A stretch of 64,000 bases of DNA. It comes from Octopus sinensis (Eukaryota). The stretch covers positions 53,010,001-53,074,000 of the forward strand of contig NC_043004.1 of the NCBI RefSeq assembly GCF_006345805.1. The letters run 5' to 3'. Both the position numbers and the translations under genes were made by a program. The number at the start of each line of letters is the position of its first letter. Positions within the stretch are counted from its first letter, which is position 1. Of the stretch, positions 53,201-64,000 are shown in pieces. Below the pieces are notes generated by a model, which was given only the letters and a program-made list of their open reading frames with translations, did no database searches and was not told the origin of the DNA.

Positions 53201-54938
53201 ATTTTTCCGTCATTGAAACGGAATTATATGTTTACTCAATTGAAAGCAATGCAAACTCGAAGCTTAAAGTGGATAGTATTTGGAGATCGATGAACGAAGA
53301 AAATATATTTTTGACCACGGAATATATCTACAGAAGATCAATCATTAAGATACCTCCATTAATTTTTCAAACAGCAGTTCAGCTTTCATATAACCGCAAA
53401 GGAATATTTAGTAAAACCCTGTCCGACACGCGGCTCTGTTTTGTAATTTTCCTTCCCACATACTTTTATGTAATCTCACACTCTATCATCCTGTACCATT
53501 TCCAACATACATTATATAGAAAACACTTTCATCGCCTGTCGAGGATTGTACCATTGGCCAAATATTCACTATTAATCATGAAAGAGCGGCATCAGATGCA
53601 GTTTACTAACTCTTTTTGGAAATCCTGTGATACCTAGCACGTTGAGTTACATAGTCTGTTATAAACTTCAAGCGCATGGATTATTTGGCTGCAATTCATT
53701 TGTTGTCTCATTTGTCGAACACTTAAGGCAGGTGTACCATTCACAAGAAAACAGGCCGATTAAAAAACATTCGTAATGGAGCAGTACTTAGCTGCAGAAT
53801 CGAAACGGAATTTTTCTTTGAACTGACTTTGGAAGGCACCAGTGAGCCTGTACTTGATATGAACAGATTTTCATACAAAGCCACTTCCTGTGAGCTATAC
53901 TATTAAGAGGACCAATACCACCACATTCGTAAAAACCATCTTCACCCACTCAGAATGACAATGGAAATAGAGATTAAAATACATGAAATATTTTGGTGTT
54001 GCTAAGCATATGACGCTGGATGGTCGTAATATAAGCACAGCAACACAATGTTAACTGATACAGAACAAAGCATGCAAACTTTCCGATCTTGCACGTATCT
54101 TTGTGCATCTTATCTAAGATCGTCCATTCATTATTAAATAGTGAGTGGCAAGAGTTTCTGAGAAGGACGGAAGAAATAATAAATTTTGAATGAATAATGT
54201 ATGTATATGTATATATGTCCGCGCATATATATAAATATATATGTGTGTGTGTGTGTGTGTGCAGAAATAGATATGGAAAGAGAGAGAGAGGAGAGAGTGC
54301 ATTGTTGCTCTGACCGCTCTTTGAATATACACACTGCCTAACACCTTTAATAAAAATATATGTAGTTTTTCGGTTGCCAGAGCAACAAGCCTCCTCAGTG
54401 CCAAGAGAACAAGAAGAAGCAAGAAGAGGTGGGATGAGGAAGAAAACCATAGTAGTAGTAGTAGTAGAAGTAGTAGTTGCACAAATAAGATTAACAACTA
54501 CAAAATAATAACAGCTAGAGAAGATCAATACAAATATCAATAAGAGAGAGAACTTCTAAACAAAAAACAAAACAAAATCTGTAGGATCAAAGACATATAC
54601 TTTATTAGCCACAGGTAAAACAACTGCAATTCTAACACTGTACAGATGATGATGGCAGCGCTCGTTGTGGGGACGACCAGGTCCTTGTCGTTTAACCCCA
54701 GGTGAAATTCTTATTCAGCACATCTATGATAAAAGACATTCTCACAATGATCGAGATATTTTTTTGTGCAGTTCTATCATATCTTCGTCATTAAGCTGTA
54801 ATATTCCCTTGTGTTTTGAGTGATCGTTTTCTACTTTCCTCCACCCAGGTTCGACATAACCCCCTCGATATCTTATTCTATTTTTCTCCCTCTCCCTTCA
54901 CGTCAAAGTGTCATTCCAATTGCTTCATCATATACTCG

Positions 54939-54994
<56 letters not shown>

Positions 54995-55028
54995 TCTCTT
55001 ACTCTCTATCATTCTCTTGCCTCTGTTA

Positions 55029-55093
55029 CACTAGCGTAGCTAGAGTGTGTGCCGCCCGTGTCGAACTGCCCCCCCCCGCCAACTACGCTAGTG
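55029..55093. mobile_element. 65-bp hAT-type MITE
   Basis: TIRs CACTAGCGTAG / CTACGCTAGTG with a perfect 8-bp TSD CTCTGTTA (55021-28, 55094-101). Confidence 0.85.
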
Positions 55094-56303
55094 CTCTGTT
55101 ATTCACTGTCTTACTCATAAATCAGAAGACAGATGAGGACCAAGGAGCCTAAAAGCAATTTACACACCTCTGCACTGCTATTAACATTTCAACACCACTC
55201 TATAGAAGCACTGGTCCTTATGGCGACAGTAATTAGTTTATTCAGATTAGAAAATTTAGCATGGATAATATGAGGGTTTTCTTTCCTATTTCAAGACAAA
55301 AGACTGTGATGAAGAATTTGTATCCTACTTCTTGAAGATCGAGTGATTGCACGGCTCGATATGTTGATAGTGTCTTTGTTGATGTTTTTGCTATTGGTGG
55401 TGAGAATAACAGTGGTAATAGAAGTGATACTGATAATGATCATATGGAAAGTGCTGGAGATTGTATTGATGACTAATAGGATCATTATTTTAACGGCGCC
55501 GATAATGATGACGATGATGACGGCGACCATGACAGCGTCTAAATAGAAGAACTAGAATAGAAAGTCTAAGAAATTGAGAACAACAACTAAAACGAAGAGC
55601 AATAAGAAAAGCAAATGTAGCAACAAGAGGGCGCCAATAACAGCCAAAACAACAACGGTTTAACGTTAACAACAAATATATTGAGTGAGAATTATCATTC
55701 GTTCCTCCCGAAAGATATGTTTTAATTAGCTTCTGTCTAATTATTTTAATTAGTTCAATATTATTTGATGCTTCGCTATATGCTAGTTGCTATTCTTTAG
55801 TGACGGTTTCATTTCACACAACTTCCTCCCCATCTTTCAAATTTATCTATCAACACATGGCATCACACATATTAATTAGTATCCTGTGTTTCGCTATTAT
55901 TACAGTTAACGTGGACTAATGAAGTAATTGTCTCCTTACTTCCAGGCAACATCGCTATCTGTATGACTCACATCCCTCTATTTCTTATCGGTGTCTGTAT
56001 TTAGTGAATACACGTATACATTCATACACAGTGACACGTTCAGCTGAGTATTCATTGCTGCTGTCAAGTAGAAATGAACTGGTTTTATTTTCCCCCGAAA
56101 TAGCAGACAATCGTATACATGTCACTCATTTCTTGAGATGCTGAGATAAGCTGTATATTATTTAGGGGAAAAAATTCCAATTTGTTTCTTATATTTCAGC
56201 AATAGTATGTGCCAAGACATTCACAGAACGTAATTTTAAATAAATCCAGGAGATCCTAACAACTGAACATCATGGCAAAACGAGATGGCAAACAGTATTT
56301 TGT

Positions 56304-56597
56304 GATGGCCTAGTGGTTAGAGCAGCGGACTTGCGGTCGAGGGATCGCGGGTTCGAATCTCAGACCGGGTGGTATCTGTGTTTATGAGCGAAACAGCTAA
56401 GCTCCACGCGGCTCCGGCAGTAGATAATGGCGAACTTCTGCTGACTCTTTCACCACAACTTTCTCTCACTCTACCCTCTTGCATCTTGCAGTTTACCTGC
56501 AAAGGACCGGCGTCTCGCCCACGTGGGGAACCTATACGCCAAGGAAACCGGGAAACCGGCCCTTATAAGCTAGGCGTGGCTCGAGAAGGAACAAACA
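56304..56597 (+). mobile_element. SINE family D
   Basis: Colinear with the reverse complement of 41950-42253. Confidence 0.9.
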
Positions 56598-56759
56598 TAT
56601 AAGATGTTCATTATAGTAACATTTACAAAGGAAATACTTAGAACAGAATTCTAATAAATCATTCTAATTTAGAAAATGCGTTAACTTTTTCTATATCATT
56701 TCTTGCATATGTGATAGCATCTATTGAATTATCTTTTTACTAACTGTCTTTACAATTCT

Positions 56760-56990
56760 GTGGAGGCACATGGCTTAGTGGTAGGGTGTTCGACTCACCT
56801 TCGTAAGATCGTTGTTTCGAATCCTGAACCGGGCAACGCATTGCGTTATTGTGCAACTCACTCCATTTCGCCTATCTGGCAAAACTGAGTAATCCTGCGA
56901 CGTCCAGGTGGGCAAAATATTCACCATGGAACCGGGGGAAACGGCCCTATGAGTCTATATGATTCGAGAAGCAACTTTACTTACTTCACT
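56760..56990 (+). mobile_element. Older tRNA-derived SINE related to family D (similar head and tail, different middle)
   Basis: GTGGAGGCACATGGCTTAGTGG..CCTGCGACGTCCAGG..GGCCCTATGAG..TCGAGAAG. Confidence 0.7.
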
Positions 56991-57578
56991 ACTTTACAAT
57001 TCTAGTTTTTCCTCAATACCATTCTTCCCATATTATCCAATCACGCTTTGTATGTTCTAAATAATTAAGAGTCTGGGCACACGATTGAGTAACGCGGGTG
57101 TCAAATCACAGACACGGCGGTGCACAGAAATTGCAGCATAAACCTAAGGAATTTGGTAAAACAAAACAAACACAATTTTATATACTGGCACTAGCACGCG
57201 CGCGCACACACACCTACACACATATCATTACCAGACGGAATATAACGGTAGAATGTTAATTATTTATTCATAACGACTTTACAACCAAAATGAGGTCAAA
57301 TGTAAATAATGTAAATAAAGGACTTTACATGTGTTTCTGTGACGATTACGCAATCATGACGCAAGACTTTATCTGTAAAGATGTTATCATAATAGATAAT
57401 AATCTAAGTCTATATTTACTTGTTTTCTACTTTTTACCCATTTTAGAATATGGCTGTTGCAGACTAACGTGTACATGCAATTATCTATATGATAACACAG
57501 ACTGTCTTCCCGGGCATCTGTTTCCGAATGTAAAGGAACACATCAAGTTCTATCTCAACGGTTATATATTACGCAACA

Positions 57579-57811
57579 AAGGCGTCGAGCTGGCAGAAAC
57601 GTTAGCATGCCGGGCGAAATGCTTTGTGGTATTTCGTCCGCCGCTGGGTTCTGAGTTCAAATTCCGCCGAAGTCGACTTTGCCTTTCATCCTTTCGGGGT
57701 CGATAAATTAAGTACCAGTTACGCACTGGGATCGATGTAATCGACTTAATCCGTCTGTCTGTCCTTGTTTGTCTCCTCTGTGTTTAGCCCCTTGTGGGTA
57801 GTAAAGAAATA
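57579..57811 (+). mobile_element. SINE family A with 19-bp TSD
   Basis: GGTTATATATTACGCAACA at 57560-78 and 57812-30. Confidence 0.93.
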
Positions 57812-57830
57812 GGTTATATATTACGCAACA

Positions 57831-57994
57831 GGCATCGATGTGCGGTAAGGAGCTTGCTTCCAATCATATAATTCTGGGAACAGTCCCACTACCTGGAACC
57901 GTGGACAAGTGTCTTCTACTTTGGCAGCGGGCTTAACAGACCGTTGCGACTGGATTTGTTAGACGTAAACTGAAAGAAGCCCGTCGTATATATA
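57831..57994 (+). mobile_element. SINE family B 5' half, interrupted at its internal (TA)n; resumes at ~59590-59660
   Basis: ..ACTGAAAGAAGCCCGTCGTATATATA, then PLE; GTGTTTGTCCTCC reappears at ~59645. Confidence 0.75.
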
Positions 57995-59327
57995 CCATTC
58001 TCCCGTTGCCCCTCCCCTACCACCCTTCCAACGCACCATTCTGCGAGCATTCTGGCGATTCCAGTCCCACCCCTCCACTTCGCACATCTTCCCTGACTGA
58101 CTTCTCCCCTCCTTCAAACTAGCCTACAACGTACCTGACCTCTACGTCTACAGTTTACTCCCTAACCCTACCTCCCAACCCGGATCGTTCCCTTGCTCCC
58201 GCCCACGCTGCCGCACTTGACCGTAACTCCCCAATACCATCATCATCACAGGCACACATCATCGATCCTATCATATCACTGACTCCTTCACCTGCGCTTC
58301 CAGCAACGTAATCTACTGCATCTCCTGCTCTCTTTGTCCTCTGTACATCGGTCAAACGGGACACCGCCTGGCTGACCGGTTCGCGGAAAACCTCCGAGAC
58401 ATTAGTCTCGGCAACGACACCCCGGTCTCGCGCCATTTCCGCCCTATCATTCATTCTTTACAGCACCTGTCCGTGTTCGGATTGTCCTCGCACAGGGGCC
58501 ATCCGGACATCCGTTTCGCCGTGAACGGAAATTAATCTTCTCTCTTCGTTCCCTTGCGCCATATGGGCTCAACTCTCCTCCCCTCTTCTCTCCTCTCGTC
58601 CTCTCACACCTACTTCCTCTCTTCACGCCTACCCATCATCTCCCGTCCACCCTCCCCTCCATCGTCCCTCTTCATCGTTATCCCACACATTCCAACCCCA
58701 CCATCCCTATACATCCCACACATTCCACTCGTATATAACCCAACCTCACCTACCCCATACCAGAACACCACGACACCACACCTCACACCACGACACCACA
58801 CACCACACATCACCACACCACACACCACGACAGCGCACACCACACACCACCGCACCACACACCACCACACCACACTACACACCTACATACCACACAACAC
58901 CACATAACATCACATCACCCTGCACGCAATAGCACTGATCACTTCCCAGCACTCACACCATCATCCAAACAACTACACATGCACAAACGCACACGTCGAG
59001 GTCAGCAGCCCCTATCCAAACGCACATACACGCTCTCACATACACACGCACGCGCACCTTCGTTTTGGGATTACCGCTACTTTATTATCTCACCTTCTTC
59101 CTAGCTCTCCAGTCTGACCATCCATGTCCGGCATTCACCATGACTGATCGCTAGCCACTATACCATTTTAAAAATTTTCTGTTTGTTTCTGTGTTCCTCT
59201 CTATTGAAGAGCGGAGGCTCAAAATGTAAAATACTTTTTCACTTCCCGAGTGTTAAACTAATACATTTGTTTGTTGTTCACACACCCGTCTTTGTCTTTT
59301 GTTTTTGTTTGTTCTTTTGTAAATTCC
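57995..59327 (+). mobile_element. 5'-truncated Penelope-like retroelement (Neptune-like: Cys linker + GIY-YIG), pseudogenised
   Basis: GSFPCSRPRCRT*, FTCASSNVIYCISCSLCPLYIGQTGHRLADRFAE, PVSRHF, LIFSLRSLAPYGLN. Followed by a CA-rich UTR, a decayed hammerhead at ~59196-59232 and (AT)n. Confidence 0.92.
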
Positions 59328-59349
59328 ATATATATATATATATATATAT

Positions 59350-59522
59350 TCCTCTGTCTTCCCTTCTCGGGATCTTTCCTTCTCCTATGTTTCCGACGAA
59401 GAGCTCCGCTCGAAACGTTAAGCCCTCCTTCTTCCCTTCTTTCCTGAGCGTCCAATAATACTATATTTGTTCCACGTCCTCGCGTTGTTGTTTTTTTTGG
59501 TGTTTTCTTGTTTGAATTAACT
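59350..59522 (+). mobile_element. Short PLE-type terminal element with hammerhead-like motif, bounded by (AT)n
   Basis: GTTT-CCGACGA-A-GAGC(TCC)GCTC-GAAACGTT-AAGC at 59389-59423; layout parallels 59145-59327. Confidence 0.7.
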
Positions 59523-59531
59523 TTATATATA

Positions 59532-59588
<57 letters not shown>

Positions 59589-59659
59589 GCGTGTGTGTGC
59601 GTGTGTATGTGCATGTCTATGTGTGTATGTGTGTGTTTCCGTTTGTGTTTGTCCTCCAC

Positions 59660-61500
59660 AGGTGGATGGTAGTTTTGGTGTAAGTGGTAATGGTAATAAT
59701 ATTGTTGATGGTTACGGTGGTGGTGATGTTGGTGGTGTTGGTGTTGGTGGTGGTGGTGGTTTGTGGTGGTGAAGGTGGAGGTGGTGTTAGTGTTGACGAT
59801 GGCCATGGCTATGCTGATGAAGTCATGATTCGCGAAGGTAATTTGTGTATGTGTGGTGAATATGTGGACGGTGATATTGATGATAGGGGCAACACTATTG
59901 ACGGAGGTATTTGTGGTGGTGATGGTGGTGGTGGTTGTGGTGGTGGTGGTGTTAGTGGTGGTGGGGTGGTTATGGTGGTGTTGGTGACGGTGGTATTGTT
60001 GGTGGTTGTTGTATATGTGGCGAAAGAAATAGGGATATATAGGGAATCTTGTACTTGTAGCAAAGCTGGTAGCTGTAATAGCGATGGAGATGTTAAAAAT
60101 TGCGGAGTTGGTGGATGCGACGATGCTGATGTTGATGTTTACAGTTGATGGTGATGATGATGGTGTCAGTGGTGTCGTCGATGGTGATGATGGAGGCTGC
60201 TGGAATGGTGTCGTGATAGCCGTGATAGGGAAGGTAAAGGTGGCGATGATATCTGAGGAAGGTTGTTGGAACAGATTTGATGGAGACGATGGAGTCGGTA
60301 ATTTCTTTTGATCTCTGTAGATTAAGTAGACCACGTGATAAGTACAATTGATAGTTCGACAAACTTCAAAGGAAACCAATTCTAAAGATAAGTCTTTGTC
60401 TCTAGCTTACATTTTATACGGGTGATTTGCATGTCCCACAGTAGTAGCAGTGAAAGTGGTTCTACATAGAAGGTGGTGATGGTGGTGGTGGTGGTAGTGG
60501 TTGATAGTAGATATGGTGGCTGGCATAAGCTGTGGTTGTTGTTGATAGTGGCGGAGATAGTATTGTAGATGGCGATGGCATTGGTTGATTTTAGTAGTGG
60601 TAGTCGTGGTGACCGTATTGGTTAGTGGTTAATTGTACTTGTTAGTGGTAGTGGAGACGGTTATTGTTTGTTGTGCTGGTTGGTAGTGGTCGAAGTAATA
60701 ATGTCTACCGGTTGTGGTGGTGGTGGTGATGGGGGAGGGGTGATGGTAGTGATGGTGGTGGTGGTGTTGGGGGGGGGGGTGTTCTTCGAAGATTGTTGAT
60801 TATAGTGGTGTTAGTATTATTGGTGATAGCTGAGGCGGTGGTTGATTTTAGTAGCGGTAGGAGTGGTGATAGTATTGGTAATAGTTGTGGTGATTGTGGT
60901 TGGTCATAGCGAAGATAGTTATTTTTGTTAATGCTGGCTGATAGTCATGGAAGGAGTAAAGGCAACTGGATGGCTGTCATGGTGACGGGGCGGAGGTGGT
61001 GGCAGTAGTGGGGGTGGCGACGGCAGCGACGATGGGGGGGGGGTTGAGAGAGGGGTATTTTTAGTGGTGGCGATGGTTGTCGCTGCTAAGTGAGGTCGAT
61101 AGAAGTGGTTATGGGTATGGTGCGGGTGGTAACGGTAGTAAAAAAAATTTTTTTTTTAAATATTTTGCTTTGCTGTTGTTATGAGCGGAGTTGATGACTG
61201 AATTGGTCGTCATCGTAGCTAGTGCACAGTTGGAGGTGATGCTGACGTAGGTGATGAGTATTGCGGTCACGATTGTACGTTCTGTGATGTTCTTAGTATG
61301 CTGACATGCGAGGTGTTTGCGCGAAGCAGCGGCGGCGGCGGTGGTGATCACATCTGTGCTGATGTTGCTGATGTTGCTAATGATGATAATATTAGTGATA
61401 CACACTGCAGTATTCGTGTCAAGTAGCGGTGCTGTTGCTCATTGAAATGGTAGCGGTGGTAGCGAGGTGGGGTGGCGACGACAGTGGTTGTTGCAGTAGT
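59660..61500. repeat. Degenerate (GGT/GAT/AGT)n low-complexity region
   Basis: Strong G/T strand bias with cryptic trinucleotide periodicity. Confidence 0.8.
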
Positions 61501-61789
61501 ACAACTAACGGTTGGAACTGATGTATAATGATGTAGCTTATAAGTATTGTGTTAAGATTAAGCTGGTGAATGCTATTGATTAGTAATAATGCTGAATCAT
61601 GAAGTGCCTTCATCAACCTGATCGATCGGAGATATGGCACGTAGGTTATTAGTCGAATGGCTAGGTGCAAACGACACACTGGTTCATATTCGCTGTGATA
61701 GCGCGTCCCTACCTAACTCAACACAACACTATTCATTCTGATATCCTGTTATTAAACGTAAGGTGTTTGTTGCGAATGATAGATTATGC

Positions 61790-61953
61790 CACTAGCGTAG
61801 TTGGAGTGTGTGCCACACAGGGAGAGCCTTCAGTTTGTCGCCCACATGCCCCCACAAAATATTGATATTGACTACAGCAGACCGAAAAGTAGTGCCGCCC
61901 TCATAAAAGTGCCACCCGGGGCGCCCCTGCGCCCCCCTCTAGCTACATTATGG
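61790..61953. mobile_element. hAT-type MITE, longer and older relative of 55029
   Basis: Starts CACTAGCGTAGTTGGAGTGTGTGCC; degenerate right TIR CTACATTATGG; flanks GATTATGC / GGTGATGC (6/8). Confidence 0.65.
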
Positions 61954-62211
61954 GGTGATGCCCTGTCTGTTACCAAGTCTATTTCTGTATGACATACTGA
62001 CAGAGAAAATGGGATAAATGAAATCTAGAAGGGGGCACTAATTCTATTAGATTCTACAAAATTTCGATGAATATTTGTGGATGTATCCACAAATATTCAT
62101 ATGTGGATTTATCTGCATTGAATTGGACTTCAGCTCTTATTTCTTCAAGAAGAAACAGCTGGACGATGGAAATCTACCTGCTAAAGATTTCCATGAAGAA
62201 TATATAGTGGT

Positions 62212-62789
62212 AAGAAAAGCGGGAACTTGGCAGAAATGTTAGCACGACGGGCGAATTGCTTAAGCGGTATTTCGTCTGTCCTTACGTTCTGAGTTCAAAT
62301 TCCGCCGAGATCGACTTTGCCTTTCATCCTTTCAGGGTCGATAAATTAAGTACTAGTTACGCACTGGGGTCGATGTAACCGACTTAATCCGTTTGTCTGT
62401 CCTTGTCTGTCCCCTTTATGTTTAGCCCCTTGTAGGTAGTAAAGAAACAGATATTTCGTCTGTCTTTACGTTCTGATTTCAAATTTCGCCGAGGTCGACT
62501 TTGCCTTTCAGCCTTTCGTGGTCCATAAATTAAGTACCAGTTGCGTACTAGGGCCGATCTAATCGACTGGCCTCCTCCCCGCAAAAATCGGGCCTTGTGA
62601 CTAGTGTAGAAGGGAAACGTTAGCACGCCGGTATTTTGTCTATCTTTACGTTCTGAGTTCAAATTCGCCGAGGTCGACTCTGCCTTTCATCTTTCGGTAT
62701 CGATAAATTAAATACCAGATGCGTACTGAGGTCGATCTAATCGACTGGCTCTCTCCCCCAAATTTTCGGGCATTGTGCCTAGCGTAGAA
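62212..62789 (+). mobile_element. Trimeric family A SINE bounded by one 16-bp TSD
   Basis: AAGAATATATAGTGGT at 62196-211 and 62790-805, with three core repeats between. Confidence 0.88.
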
Positions 62790-62805
62790 AAGAATATATA
62801 GTGGT

Positions 62806-63122
62806 TAAAGTGTTGCACTAGGTTTCGGGTTTAATTACTTTGCGTACCATCTTGCGTAACAATCTTCCGTTTCAGCTCCGAGCCGATCAATACATCATGA
62901 GTGAATGTGGTGGATAGAAACTGTGTGGAAACCCGTCGCAAATATATGTGTATATGAGTGTGTGTTTGTGTTTATCCTTTCCCACATGGTAACCACTCGG
63001 TATATGGTTCGACAGAATATTTATCAAACTTTACGAATAAATAGTGTCGTCTGTTTTCCCTCTTAATACCTTCGGGCTTGTGCTCCTATATGATCGCTGT
63101 CCAATGACTAACACAAGTAAAA
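62806..63122 (+). mobile_element. Old SINE family B remnant
   Basis: GAGCCGATCAAT..GTGAATGTGGTGGATAGAAACTG..CCCGTCG..CAATGACTAACACAAGTAAAA. Confidence 0.6.
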
Positions 63123-63569
63123 TATATGTAACTGCCTCTCCTATCGATGTCAAAGTGTGAGCATCCACTTGTTCGATTAACTGTACGACCTAATCACTCA
63201 ATATGGCTGAATATTCCACAGATATGTACACATTCTAGTAAATTCTCTTGTAGAATCGATGTAAAACGTTGTGGCACCGGTGGACACTAAAATTATTGAT
63301 TCAGCTTAACTGAGAAGTTTATACATGTATTTCCTCAAAACAAGACCACTGAAACAGTTTGTGTAGCCCGGGAGAATTGAAAAGGCATCAACCGAGTTAA
63401 GGTATCCATTGGGATCACATGATGGGTTTGATGGATGGAAAGATTCTTAAACACATTGATTCATCATACTGCATCCAAATATACAGACATATTACACACA
63501 CTTGTACACACAGGCACATGAACTCTCATACATATATATGCACTCACACACACGTTTGCTCTCTCTCTC

Positions 63570-63612
<43 letters not shown>

Positions 63613-63822
63613 TACGGAAGTGTACTTGCATAGCAAGTGACCTGATCTGAGATCGTGTGCCGGAACGAAAACAAATAAAGCGTGGAAGGTTTTATAAGCC
63701 ATTTAAGAAATACAGAAAAACCGTTAGTTTCACTTCAACATTTAAAATAAATTTGCCAAAATATTTTCGTGGCTTTCAGACAGCGACCTGTTCATTGACA
63801 AAATTCCGTGCTGCATCTCAAA
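63613..63822 (-). mobile_element. ~210-bp element between two (AT)n tracts carrying a hammerhead-like fold
   Basis: Three-stem fold on the minus strand at 63752-63802; (AT)n on both sides. Confidence 0.5.
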
Positions 63823-63849
63823 TATACATATATATATATATATATATAT

Positions 63850-64000
63850 TTACTTCAACTTGTTTCGGACTTTGGGATCACTGACTTGAAGAACTTTTAG
63901 TCGAATGAAGCGACCCCAGTCCTTATGTTATCGGGCGTTTTCTCTAGGCCAGGTAAGTTACGGGATCGCAAACACCCCAGTACCGGTTGTCAGGAGGAGG
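63850..64000 (-). mobile_element. SINE family B 3' part, diverged, running off the window
   Basis: ACTTGTTTC..TTTAGTCGAA..CGACCCCAG..TAAGTTACGGG..CCGGTTGTCA. Confidence 0.6.

Noticed and set aside
50221-53900. Hints of very old Tc1/mariner remnants (TIR-like TACATAGGGTGAGTCAAAAA at 50221; TGDES-like peptide near 53530)
   Set aside because: No matching second TIR found and motifs too decayed to call
59258-60379. Longest ORF (373 aa, Thr/His/Pro-rich, minus strand)
   Set aside because: Translation of degenerate (ACC/ATC)n repeats that runs through (TA)n and repeat elements; no domain or credible start

Overview
AT-rich, extremely microsatellite-dense eukaryotic DNA with no recognisable host protein-coding gene. 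Nearly all ORFs in the track are translations of simple repeats. The SINE families and repeat landscape look like an octopus (cephalopod) genome; this is my recognition, not a database result. The window reads as intergenic or deep intronic DNA built from mobile elements. It holds about 30 tRNA-derived SINE copies of four modular families, several with intact target-site duplications (TSDs). DNA transposons include a near-full-length dead mariner, smaller mariner derivatives, tiny hAT-type MITEs and non-autonomous Helitrons. Retroelement fragments include L1/Tx1, R4/Dong, HERO-like, CR1-like and Penelope-like (PLE) pieces. The most interesting signal is a set of eight minimal hammerhead-ribozyme-like folds, mostly in short PLE-type terminal elements abutting (AT)n tracts. 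One is close to canonical; others have unusual cores (U3-A8 swap, A3/C8, CUGUNGA, an extra base after A9). Different retroelement families also appear to partition among microsatellite types, and one SINE shares its 3' tail with an L1/Tx1-like LINE. None of this has been tested computationally.
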